From the NCBI GenBank assembly GCA_965203905.1, contig CBDBDQ010000005.1, positions 64,001 through 128,000 of the forward strand: a stretch of 64,000 nucleotides of DNA. Direction: 5' to 3'. Shown piece by piece: positions 9,910 through 18,595 of the stretch. Below the pieces are notes generated by a model. That model was not told the DNA's origin. It saw only the letters and a list, made by a program, of their open reading frames with translations, and did not search any database. How positions within the stretch are numbered: the first letter of the stretch is position 1; each line of letters begins with the position of its first letter. Made by a program: the position numbers and the translations under genes. Origin of the DNA: Spirochaetia bacterium. Lineage in GTDB: Bacteria; Spirochaetota; Spirochaetia; SZUA-6; Bin103.

Positions 9910-11259
9910 TCAGCCGCCCAACTGCGCGACCATCTGTTGTTGCAGCTTCTTGTTCTTGGTCATTTTTTTCATGGCCAGCGACATCTTGTCGAATTTGCGC
10001 ACCAGCCGATTCACCTCCGACACCGTGGTGCCGCTGCCTCTCGCCACCCGTTTACGCCGGCTGGGACCGAGAATACGCGGATTGTCGCGCTCGGCCGGAG
10101 TCATGGACAACATGATCGCCTCCTCGCGGCGCAGCGCCTTCTCGTTTACCGCTCCCGAGGCAACGGCGCCTTGCATGCCCGGCAGCTTCTCGAGCACCGA
10201 TGTCAGGCTACCCATCTTGCGCAACTCGACGAGCTGCTCCAGGTAGTCGGCCATGGTGAACCGGCGGCGCTTCATCTTGCGCACCAGGCGTTGCGCCCGT
10301 TCCTGGTCGAAGGTCTCCTGCGCCTGCTCGACCAGGGTGACCACGTCGCCCATCCCCAGGATCCGCGATGCCATCCGGTCGGGGAAGAACGGCTCCAGCG
10401 CCTGGTGCGACTCGCCGGTGCCGACGAACTTGATCGGCTTGCCGGTAACCTCGCGAATCGACAGCGCCGCGCCGCCGCGGGTGTCGGAGTCGAACTTACT
10501 AAGAATAACCCCGCTGAGTCCGACCTGGCGATCAAATTCTCCGGCCACGTCGACGGCGGTCTGGCCGGTCATGGCGTCGGCAACGAGCAGGGTCTCCTGC
10601 GGTGTGGCGGTGGCGTGGATCTCGCGCAACTCGGCCATGAGCTGGTCATCCACCTGCAGCCGCCCGGCGCTGTCCACGATCGCGACGTTGCAGCCGATCC
10701 GCTCGGCGTGGCGCAACCCCTCCCGCACGGTGGCGACGGCGGCCTTGCCGGTCGCCCCGGCGGCGCCGTCCGGGCCGCTGAACACGGGCACGTCGAGAGC
10801 GGCTCCGAGCTGCTGCAGCTGCTCGATGGCGGCGGGGCGCACCCGGTCCGCGGCGATCAGCATCGGTTTGCGACCCTGTCCGGCGAGATGATGCGCCAGC
10901 TTGGCGGCGGTGGTGGTCTTGCCCGAACCCTGCAATCCGAGCAGCAGGATGCTGGTCAGGGTGTCGGGGCCCCTGAGGCCCAGCTCGGACCTCTCTCCGC
11001 CAAGCAGGGCGGTCATCCGTTCCAGCACGATCTTGACGAACTGCTGGCCGGGCGACACGTCCCGCAGCACGCGCGCGCCGAGAGCCGCTTCCGTGGTGCG
11101 GTTGACGAAGCGGCGCACTACGCGCAGATTTACATCCGCTTCGAGCAGGGCTACCTTGATCTCTCGAACCGCATCCTGGATGTTTTTCTCTGTGATGTGG
11201 GCTTTGCCGGAGACCTGACGCATTACGTCTCCAAGCTTGCTGGTGAGCCCGTCGAACAT
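9910..11259 (-). CDS. ffh: Signal recognition particle protein
   Basis: ALLEADV, GLQGSGKTTTAAKLA, DSAGRL, DTRGGAALS, RILGMGD and the M domain. Confidence 0.98.
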   Translation of the reverse strand: MFDGLTSKLGDVMRQVSGKAHITEKNIQDAVREIKVALLEADVNLRVVRRFVNRTTEAALGARVLRDVSPGQQFVKIVLERMTALLGGERSELGLRGPDTLTSILLLGLQGSGKTTTAAKLAHHLAGQGRKPMLIAADRVRPAAIEQLQQLGAALDVPVFSGPDGAAGATGKAAVATVREGLRHAERIGCNVAIVDSAGRLQVDDQLMAELREIHATATPQETLLVADAMTGQTAVDVAGEFDRQVGLSGVILSKFDSDTRGGAALSIREVTGKPIKFVGTGESHQALEPFFPDRMASRILGMGDVVTLVEQAQETFDQERAQRLVRKMKRRRFTMADYLEQLVELRKMGSLTSVLEKLPGMQGAVASGAVNEKALRREEAIMLSMTPAERDNPRILGPSRRKRVARGSGTTVSEVNRLVRKFDKMSLAMKKMTKNKKLQQQMVAQLGG

Positions 11260-11268
11260 AGGCGTTCT

Positions 11269-11298
11269 TGTATAGCCGTCCCGCTATCCTCGTGTCAA
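11269..11298 (-). promoter_or_regulatory. Putative sigma70 promoter of ffh
   Basis: TTGACA-N18-TATACA ending 9 nt before the ATG. Confidence 0.55.
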
Positions 11299-11299
11299 C

Positions 11300-12763
11300 G
11301 TGGAGGGGAGATGTCCGGAGATGTCGCCGAGCTACCCGGTTTACCGGCGTCGCGCCGATCCGCTATCTTTGCAGGGGGAATCGCGCCCGCCAGTTGTGTC
11401 TGCCGTTCGAGGTAAATCCGCCAGCACTGGAACAGCCGCTGCTGTATCTGCCGCCGCTGTGTCCGCCGCCGCAGTGCTCGCTCTGTGCTCCGCGCTGCTG
11501 CTGATCACCGGCTGCGGCCCGCGCGACCAGCCGGTGGCGGAGAAGGCACCGTTCGCGGTGGCCGAGCAGCAACAGGTCACCCGCAGTCAGGAGAGCAGCG
11601 ACGACAGCCAGTCCCTGCTCAGCGTTCAGCTTCGTACCTTCGACGAGCTGGTCAGTGCGCTGCGCGAGCACTACGTGTACAGCGAGCACCACGCGGTGCC
11701 GTGGGACGACCTGGAGAGCCGCTACCGCACCAAGGTGCTGAGCCTGCTGCGCAGCACCGAGTTCCCCGACGTGGTGCGGGACATGCTCGCCGAGCTGCCC
11801 GCCGACGCGGCGGTGTGGCAGTCTCGCGACGAGCGCATCGATCTGCAGTCCACCGACGCCCGCTCCTACGAGGGAATCGGCGCCTACATCGCGTTCCGCC
11901 CCGACCCGCTGCCGCGGGTCATTCTGCTGTCCGTGCTGCCCGGCTCGCCGGCCGCCCAGGCGGGATTGCGGGATCACGACAGCCTGCTTGCCGTGGACGG
12001 AATCCCGGTGCGCCGCGAAGAGGGCGAGGGCGTAGTCACGCGGATTCGCGGACCGGCCGGTTCGGTGGTGAACCTCAGCGTGCGCTCGCCGCACCAGGAA
12101 CCGCGCAACGTAGCGGTCACCCGAGGCCGCGTGCAGTTGACCGAGGGTGCCAACCGGGTGCGCTACGCCGTGCTCCCGGAGTCCGACATCGGCTACCTGC
12201 TGCTGCCACGGCAGACGACCTCGTCGCTGGTCACCGAGGTGGCGCAGTCTCTCACCCTCATGACGCAGCAGACCGCCCTGCGGGGGTTGATCCTGGATCT
12301 GCGCATCGCGGCGCTGGGGGGCGGCTGGCCGCTCGAGGAAATGCTCACCATGTTCGGCGACGGAGCCCTGGGCGAGATGTACACGACCACGGAAACCCTG
12401 CCGGTACAGGTCACGGGGCAGGACGTGGCCGGCTCGCAGTCGCTGCCGCTGGCGCTGCTCATCGGGCCCGACACGGAGGGCCTGCCGGAGATCTTCGCCG
12501 CCGCGCTGCAGAGCAGCGGCCGCGCGATCCTGTTCGGCTCCCGTACCAGCGGCGACATCGAGAACAACCACCTGGTACCGCTCCCGGATGGGTCGCGAGT
12601 GCTGATTTCCAGCACCTCGTACCGCACCTCTACCGGGCTGGATGTAGGTCTCAGCGGCCTGGAGCCCAACCTGCCGGTGAGATACGACTGGGACGCCGTT
12701 TCGGAGCAGGCCGACCCGGTTCGCGAGGCATCTCAGGCGGCGTTGCTGAGGGTGGGTGGTTGA
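11300..12763 (+). CDS. S41 family (CtpA/tricorn-C-like) PDZ lipoprotein with degenerate catalytic motifs
   Basis: Lipobox LITGC, helical N-domain, PDZ (YEGIG...PGSPAAQAGL), LILDLR and EIFAAALQ; the true start is probably downstream of 11300. Confidence 0.85.
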   Translation: MEGRCPEMSPSYPVYRRRADPLSLQGESRPPVVSAVRGKSASTGTAAAVSAAAVSAAAVLALCSALLLITGCGPRDQPVAEKAPFAVAEQQQVTRSQESSDDSQSLLSVQLRTFDELVSALREHYVYSEHHAVPWDDLESRYRTKVLSLLRSTEFPDVVRDMLAELPADAAVWQSRDERIDLQSTDARSYEGIGAYIAFRPDPLPRVILLSVLPGSPAAQAGLRDHDSLLAVDGIPVRREEGEGVVTRIRGPAGSVVNLSVRSPHQEPRNVAVTRGRVQLTEGANRVRYAVLPESDIGYLLLPRQTTSSLVTEVAQSLTLMTQQTALRGLILDLRIAALGGGWPLEEMLTMFGDGALGEMYTTTETLPVQVTGQDVAGSQSLPLALLIGPDTEGLPEIFAAALQSSGRAILFGSRTSGDIENNHLVPLPDGSRVLISSTSYRTSTGLDVGLSGLEPNLPVRYDWDAVSEQADPVREASQAALLRVGG

Positions 12764-14118
12764 TGCCCGGATACCGGCGCAGCGTCGGTCGCACGCGAGC
12801 GTCACGAGCCGCGCGCCGCTGGCGTATCGGGCTCGGGCTGCTGCTGCTGAGCGCACTGCTGACGGCGGCCTGCGCGCGCGACGAGGTGACCATCGGCCAG
12901 AGCCCGCTGCTGCGCTTCGTCGAACGCAAGTCGGGGCGCATTGCGGTAATGGGCTCCGACGGCAACATCTACACCATGGACCAGGCGGGCGGCGCGCAGG
13001 TGGCGGTAACCGAAGATGCGGTCATTCCCGACGAGACCCAGGGGCTGGTGCGCTACTACCAGTTTCCGGCCTGGGCTCCGGACGACTCGCGGCTGGCGTT
13101 CATCGGCTACCAGGGCAACGACCAGTTCGCCACCACCACCAGCGTGTTCACGACGGCGCCGGACGGCTCCAACATCGTACAGGCCTTCTCCAGCGGGCAG
13201 TACCTGCCGCGCAACCTGTACTGGTCGCCCGATGGCGAATGGCTCACGTTTCTCACCTCCACCTCGGGCAGCACGGCATCGGCGCTGCAGATGGTGCCCG
13301 CCGCCGGCGGCGAGGCCACCAAGCTTGACGCCGGCAACCCGTTCTACTGGTCGTGGGCTCCGGACGGACGTACCATCCTGGTGCACGCCGGGGGCTCCGG
13401 AATGGCCTATCGCTCACGGCTCGCCTTCCTCAACGTCGAGGGCGCGATCTACGAAGAGGGTATGGCGCTGCGGCCGGCCGCGTTCCAGGCCCCGGCATGG
13501 TCGCCGGACGGTACCCGTCTGCTGGTGGCTGCACAGTCGGGGGACCAGGCCGAGCTGGTGGTGACCAATCGCGAAGGATCGCTCTACCGGGTGTTGACCC
13601 GGGCCGACGCCGCCCTCGCCTTCGCCTGGTCGCCGGACGCCAAGCAGGTGGCGTACGTGGCGCGCAACCGCGGCGAAACGGGGCTCCAGGGGAACCTCGC
13701 GGTGGTCGACCTGGAGGCTCGTGGCGCCGAGCCGCAGGTGCTGACCGAGGACACGTTCGTGCTGGGATTCTTCTGGTCGCCCGACAGCGACAAGATCGCC
13801 TACTTCGTGCCCGGCACCTACGTGAATCCCGAAGACGAGGCCCAACAGACCATCTTCCTGACCCTGTACGTCCACAACCTGCGCAAGCAGTCGTCCCGCG
13901 AGATTCAGAGCTTCGTCCCCACCTCGCAGTTCATGGCCGTGGTGCAGCAGTTCGACCAGTTCTATCTCGCGACCCGGGTCTGGTCGCCGGACAGCCGCAA
14001 CATCCTGTATGCGGCCCTCTCGCAGCAGGGGCCCGGCATCATGGTGGCAAAGGCCGACGGCAACATCGCCCCGCGCAGGGTCACCGATGGCCTGATCGGC
14101 TTCTGGTCTTGGCGCTGA
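12763..14118 (+). CDS. TolB-like/PD40 beta-propeller lipoprotein
   Basis: Lipobox LTAAC and about 7 W[SA]PD[GSA] repeats; ATG overlaps the upstream TGA. Confidence 0.88.
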   Translation: MPGYRRSVGRTRASRAARRWRIGLGLLLLSALLTAACARDEVTIGQSPLLRFVERKSGRIAVMGSDGNIYTMDQAGGAQVAVTEDAVIPDETQGLVRYYQFPAWAPDDSRLAFIGYQGNDQFATTTSVFTTAPDGSNIVQAFSSGQYLPRNLYWSPDGEWLTFLTSTSGSTASALQMVPAAGGEATKLDAGNPFYWSWAPDGRTILVHAGGSGMAYRSRLAFLNVEGAIYEEGMALRPAAFQAPAWSPDGTRLLVAAQSGDQAELVVTNREGSLYRVLTRADAALAFAWSPDAKQVAYVARNRGETGLQGNLAVVDLEARGAEPQVLTEDTFVLGFFWSPDSDKIAYFVPGTYVNPEDEAQQTIFLTLYVHNLRKQSSREIQSFVPTSQFMAVVQQFDQFYLATRVWSPDSRNILYAALSQQGPGIMVAKADGNIAPRRVTDGLIGFWSWR

Positions 14119-15473
14119 GGGCGGCAGATTCGTTGCGCGGATGGCGGCGCCGCGGGATCGGGCGTGGCCTGCTGCTGCTGCTGCTGACCGCCCTGCTGCT
14201 GACCGCCTGCGGTGAACGCCGGCCGCAGTTCCAGACCAGCCCACTGCTGCAGGTGTTGCAGCGCAAGGTCGGCCGCATCGGCTTCATCGGCCCGGACGGC
14301 AATGTCTACAGCATCGATCAGAGCGGCGGCGGACAGACTCCGCTGACGGAAGATGCCGGCACCAACCGGGCGGCGCGGACCGCCGTCGCCTACATGCAAC
14401 CCACCTGGGCTCCGGACGGCCGGCGCATGGCGTTTGCGCGCACGGCGGTCACCGGACAGCGCCGCCTGCTGGCCTCGATCTGGGTAACCGCCGGTCCCGG
14501 CAGTCCGCCGCGCGAGGTGTTCAACACCAGTTCCCTGCGCCCCATCTATCTCTACTGGTCACCGGACAGCGAGATGCTGACCCTGTTGTCACAACCGCTC
14601 GGCTCCGCGGAGCTTGAGCTTGGCGTGATCGAGCTCGACCAGGACGTGTACCGAACCCTGGATCAGGGCCAGCCCTACTACTGGAGCTGGCTGCCGGACA
14701 ATAGCGCGCTGGTGACCCACGTGGGCGGTGACGTGCGCCTCAACGCCGCGGCGCGACTGTCGCTGGTGCCACTCGATCCACTGCGCAGCAAGGCCGACTT
14801 CAACGTACCGCCGGCCTCCTTCCAGTCGCCTGCGGTGTCACCGGACGGCCGCTACATGGCGTACGTCACCACCACCAGGGACGGCACCAGCCTGGTAGCG
14901 CGCGAACTCGATGGCCCCGATGAACGGCTGCTGACCGACGTGCCAGGCTTCGCCTACTTCGCCTACGCGCCGCGCGGAGACCGGATCGCGGTGATGAAGA
15001 GCGCCACGCCGGGGCCCTCCGCCGACGGCCAGCTGGCGATCATCGATACCTCCAGCGGCCGCGAGACGATCCTGCCCCACGATGACGTGATAGCCTTCTT
15101 CTGGGCGCCGAACGGCAACCGCATCGCCTATCTGGTGCCGGCGCGTCCGGAGAACGAGCAGGGGCTGGAGCTGGACCCGGTGTTTGCGCGCGAGGGACGC
15201 CTGTTCTACGCCGAGCTGCGGGTGGCCGACGTGCGCCGGGGGAACTCCTGGCGGGTAGTCCAGTTCCCGCTCAGCGAAGGGTTCCTGCGTCTCCACCTGC
15301 CGTTCTTCGACCAGTACCTGCGCTCGACCTCGATCTGGTCACCCAACAGCCGCTTCCTCACCTACGCCGCGCTCACCGCCGTCGGCGGTCCGGGCATCTT
15401 CGTGTCAGCCGCCAGCGGCGCGTTGCGTCCGCAGTTCGTGGCGGCCGGCGACCTCGCCTTCTGGTCGCGCTGA
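14109..15473 (+). CDS. TolB-like/PD40 beta-propeller lipoprotein (paralog of the previous gene)
   Basis: Lipobox LLTAC and WAPDG/WSPDS repeats; shares SPLL...RK.GRI, GPDGN.Y, PYYWSW, FDQ[FY] and C-terminal FWS with 12763..14118; start uncertain. Confidence 0.86.
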   Translation: MALRAADSLRGWRRRGIGRGLLLLLLTALLLTACGERRPQFQTSPLLQVLQRKVGRIGFIGPDGNVYSIDQSGGGQTPLTEDAGTNRAARTAVAYMQPTWAPDGRRMAFARTAVTGQRRLLASIWVTAGPGSPPREVFNTSSLRPIYLYWSPDSEMLTLLSQPLGSAELELGVIELDQDVYRTLDQGQPYYWSWLPDNSALVTHVGGDVRLNAAARLSLVPLDPLRSKADFNVPPASFQSPAVSPDGRYMAYVTTTRDGTSLVARELDGPDERLLTDVPGFAYFAYAPRGDRIAVMKSATPGPSADGQLAIIDTSSGRETILPHDDVIAFFWAPNGNRIAYLVPARPENEQGLELDPVFAREGRLFYAELRVADVRRGNSWRVVQFPLSEGFLRLHLPFFDQYLRSTSIWSPNSRFLTYAALTAVGGPGIFVSAASGALRPQFVAAGDLAFWSR

Positions 15474-15486
15474 GCCTGACGCTCAC

Positions 15487-17406
15487 TCAACGCGGCAGCT
15501 CGCTCGCTGCCGCGGCGGCTGGAGTCTCCGGCTCAGACGGTGGTGGTGGCAGCAACTCCGGCGGGGTCTCGGGCTTGTTGGGGCCGAGAATGGCGATCAC
15601 CTGCTTGGTGCTGAGCGAATTGTGCTCCAACAGGTTCTCCGCCAGCTCGATCAACTCGGCGTGGTGGTCACGCAGCAGCCGTTCGGTACGCTCCTGCAGG
15701 TCCACCCACATGCGCCGTAGCGCTGCCTGCGCGTCGCGATCGGCAACACTTCCGCCGGTGGAGTCGCGCCCGGTGCGCCAGTCGACCACCGGCGGACCGA
15801 AGTAGCCCTCGTTGTAAAGGCGCCACAACCGCTCCCGCACCATGGGGTAATCGCCACCGGAGGCGCCGGTGAACGACTCTCCCAGCACCACGCGCATCGC
15901 CGCCTGGCCGGCCAGGCACACCATCATGTCACGCACGATGCGGCTCAGTGGCTGCGAGTACATCTCCACCTCGTCCATCGGCAGCACGAAGCCGAGGGCG
16001 TCACCCCGGCGCACGATGGTGATGTGGGCGATGCGGGTGTCGGGCATCAGGTAGTGCTGGGCGACGGCGTGGCCCGCCTCGTGCACCGCGACCTCCCAGC
16101 GCTGCTGTTCCGCCATCTCCTCGATCGGGTTCTCGATGCCGGTGTACTGCTGCAGGAACGCTCTCTCGATATCCTGCTGCGATACGGCGTTGCGGTGGTC
16201 GAACAGAGCCACGCGCACGGCGTCCTTGGTGATGGCGGCCATGATCTGGGCCGGGGTGGCGGCGCGGTTGTTCATGACGATGGCTTCGATATCCACCGAT
16301 TCGTCATGGTTTACGGTGCGCAGGTACCCTTCGACGATCTCGCGCCGGCCGGTACGGTCGGGCAGATCGACCTTGATGAGCTGATCGAACCGTCCGGGCC
16401 GCTTGAGGGCCGGGTCAATCACGTCGGGCCGGTTGGTCGAGCCCATGAACAGTACGTGCCAGTTGCGTTCGGGAGCCTTCTTGCCCATGATCTGGAACAG
16501 CTTGCCCTTCAGTTTCTCCTTGAGGGTCTTGCTGTCGATTCCATCCATTTCGTAGAGCAAACGCGTCAGCGCGCCGGTGCCGCCGCCCATGAAGCCGCCC
16601 ATGCCGCCGCCGCCGCCTTCACCCATCACGCCGCCGCGACTCTGGGCAACGGCGTCGATCTCGTCGATGTAGGCGATGGCCGCGCCATAACGCTGCGCCA
16701 GCTTGCGCGCCTTGCGGATGAACCAGATCATCTTCATCACGTCCACGCCCCAGAACATGGCGCGGAACCCGGAGCCCTCGATCGATATGAAGGCAACCCC
16801 CGCCTCGCCGGCCATCGCCTTCGCGAGCATGGTCTTGCCGGTACCGGGAGGACCGTAGAGCAGCAGGCCGTTGATGTAGCGGCCGCCCATCTCCACGAAC
16901 TGCTGGCGGTCCGACAGCAGCCCCAGCCACTGGCGTACCAGCCGCTTCAGACGCGGCTGCCCCCAGTAGTCGTCGAAGGTGATGATCTTGGGATCTTCCG
17001 GGCGGATGCGCTCGATCTTGGAGCGCGACATGAACCAGAACAGCGACCCGAACTGGACCAGCATGAACAGGATCGCGAACAGGAGTTGGCCAAGGAACTG
17101 CAGGAGCCCCAGAAAGACGTTGAGCAGCGTCTCGTTGGACCAGATCAGGACGGCGGCACCGGCGATCACTACCAGCGGGGCCACCTTGCGGATGAGCTGG
17201 CGCATCTTCTTGCTCAGCCGACGCTGCTGTTTGACCACCTCGATGCGGTGCTTGACCAGGTCGGGGACACGCACGTTCTGCCAGAAGCCCTGCTGCTTGG
17301 AGTCCGGGGAACTGCCGTTCTGGGCCGCGTCGGGAGCCGCCGCTTCCGGTGCCGGCGCGCCTTCCTGACTCTCGACGGGGCGCTCTTCGTTTGGCTTGTC
17401 GGACAT
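15487..17406 (-). CDS. FtsH-like AAA+ ATPase / M41 zinc metalloprotease
   Basis: Two N-terminal TMs, GPPGTGKT, YIDEID, STNRPDVIDPALKRPGRFD and HEAGH. Confidence 0.9.
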   Translation of the reverse strand: MSDKPNEERPVESQEGAPAPEAAAPDAAQNGSSPDSKQQGFWQNVRVPDLVKHRIEVVKQQRRLSKKMRQLIRKVAPLVVIAGAAVLIWSNETLLNVFLGLLQFLGQLLFAILFMLVQFGSLFWFMSRSKIERIRPEDPKIITFDDYWGQPRLKRLVRQWLGLLSDRQQFVEMGGRYINGLLLYGPPGTGKTMLAKAMAGEAGVAFISIEGSGFRAMFWGVDVMKMIWFIRKARKLAQRYGAAIAYIDEIDAVAQSRGGVMGEGGGGGMGGFMGGGTGALTRLLYEMDGIDSKTLKEKLKGKLFQIMGKKAPERNWHVLFMGSTNRPDVIDPALKRPGRFDQLIKVDLPDRTGRREIVEGYLRTVNHDESVDIEAIVMNNRAATPAQIMAAITKDAVRVALFDHRNAVSQQDIERAFLQQYTGIENPIEEMAEQQRWEVAVHEAGHAVAQHYLMPDTRIAHITIVRRGDALGFVLPMDEVEMYSQPLSRIVRDMMVCLAGQAAMRVVLGESFTGASGGDYPMVRERLWRLYNEGYFGPPVVDWRTGRDSTGGSVADRDAQAALRRMWVDLQERTERLLRDHHAELIELAENLLEHNSLSTKQVIAILGPNKPETPPELLPPPPSEPETPAAAAASELPR

Positions 17407-17558
17407 AGTCATCTCCAGCGCCGCCCGGGGCGGCACTCACGGATCAGTAGATAATCTACCAGATCCTGCCGTATAGTCCAGCCAAACTACGTCATTGCCC
17501 GGAGGTTGTCTCCGGCAGCCGGACATGCAGCCCGCCGTCAGGCGGCAGAGGAGTGGCC

Positions 17559-17846
17559 ATGGGGCAACGCGGTGAGCTGTTCAGTTCGCGCGCGAACACG
17601 GACAAACGGACCTACTTCTTCAACGTCAAGGAGAATCGCAGCGGCGACCTGTTCCTCAACATCGTCGAGAGCCGGAAGCGCGAGTCGCTCGACGGCGCTG
17701 CCGACCGAGGTTTCGAACGCCATTCGCTGATGGTGTACGAAGAGGATCTGGCCGCCTTCGTGGCCGCCTTCGAGCAAGCCGTCGGCTACGCCCGCCGGCA
17801 CCTCCGGCCGGACCGACCGCGACCATCCGCCGCGCGCCGGCAGTAG
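17559..17846 (+). CDS. PUR-domain nucleic-acid-binding protein (DUF3276/BpuR-like)
   Basis: MGQRGELFS...RTYFFNVKENRSGDLFLNIVESRK...FERHSLMVYEED. Confidence 0.9.
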   Translation: MGQRGELFSSRANTDKRTYFFNVKENRSGDLFLNIVESRKRESLDGAADRGFERHSLMVYEEDLAAFVAAFEQAVGYARRHLRPDRPRPSAARRQ

Positions 17847-17868
17847 TCCGTCCGCCCGCTCGGGACGC

Positions 17869-18423
17869 TCAGGAACCGGTCCGAAACGAGTGCCGGTGGA
17901 TCGGCGAGCGACCGTGCAGGCGAACCAGGAAGCGATGACTCGGGGTGGCATAGCCCTTGTGCTCGTGAAACCGCCAGGCCGGCTCGATGCGCGCGTAACG
18001 CGTCATGAAGCGGTCCCGCTCGGTCTTGGCGATGATCGACGCGGCCATGATCTCCGGCACCAGGGCGTCGCCCTTGACGATGGCGGTGCACGGCACGGCC
18101 AGCGGCAGGCGAAAGCGGCCGTCGATGAGCACCTCGTCCGGCTGCACGCGGAGGGCGCGCAGGGCCCGCCACATGGCCAGCAGCGACGCGCGGTGGATGT
18201 TGATGCGATCGATCTCTTCGGCGGAGCACCAGCCCGTGGCCCAGGCCGTGGCCTGCTGGCGGATGGTTGCGGCCGCCGTCGCGCGCTCTTCCGCGGTGAG
18301 TTGCTTTGAGTCATTCAGGCAGGCTGTGGGAAATCCCCGCGGCAGGACCACGGCGGCGGCCGTAACGGGCCCCGCAAGGGGGCCGCGACCGGCCTCATCG
18401 ACTCCGCAGCGCAGCGCTGGCAC
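17869..18423 (-). CDS. rnhB: Ribonuclease HII
   Basis: GVDEAGRGPLAGPV, LNDSKQL, VKGD, AASIIAK and HKGYAT; TATGCT lies 6 nt before the GTG. Confidence 0.96.
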   Translation of the reverse strand: MPALRCGVDEAGRGPLAGPVTAAAVVLPRGFPTACLNDSKQLTAEERATAAATIRQQATAWATGWCSAEEIDRINIHRASLLAMWRALRALRVQPDEVLIDGRFRLPLAVPCTAIVKGDALVPEIMAASIIAKTERDRFMTRYARIEPAWRFHEHKGYATPSHRFLVRLHGRSPIHRHSFRTGS

Positions 18424-18548
18424 CGGCCCAGCATACCGTGTGGCACTGCCGCCTGGCACAGGCCGAGCCCGGGCACATTTGCGTATCGCAGGGGGTCGCC
18501 GTTCACCTGCGGGAGGCGTGGGAGGGCCGTGGGAGGGCCGCCATGGCG

Positions 18549-18578
18549 TTGACCGCGCGCTGTTTCCGGTGGTACAGT
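18549..18578 (+). promoter_or_regulatory. Putative sigma70 promoter of smc
   Basis: TTGACC-N18-TACAGT with an extended -10 TG. Confidence 0.55.
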
Positions 18579-18595
18579 GATCCTTGAACTGGGAG

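Noticed and set aside
9898-11415. Long antisense/alternate-frame ORFs (e.g. 9898..11415, 18620..20626, 22316..24118, 36830..38953, 45265..47409, 53843..55984)
   Set aside because: These are shadow ORFs expected from high GC3 codon bias opposite well-supported genes.
11485-12762. Apparent 877-aa and 706-aa proteins with long Arg/Gly-rich N-termini
   Set aside because: The N-terminal parts are off-frame read-through of upstream genes; the real starts are at the signal peptides (12763 and ~14109).
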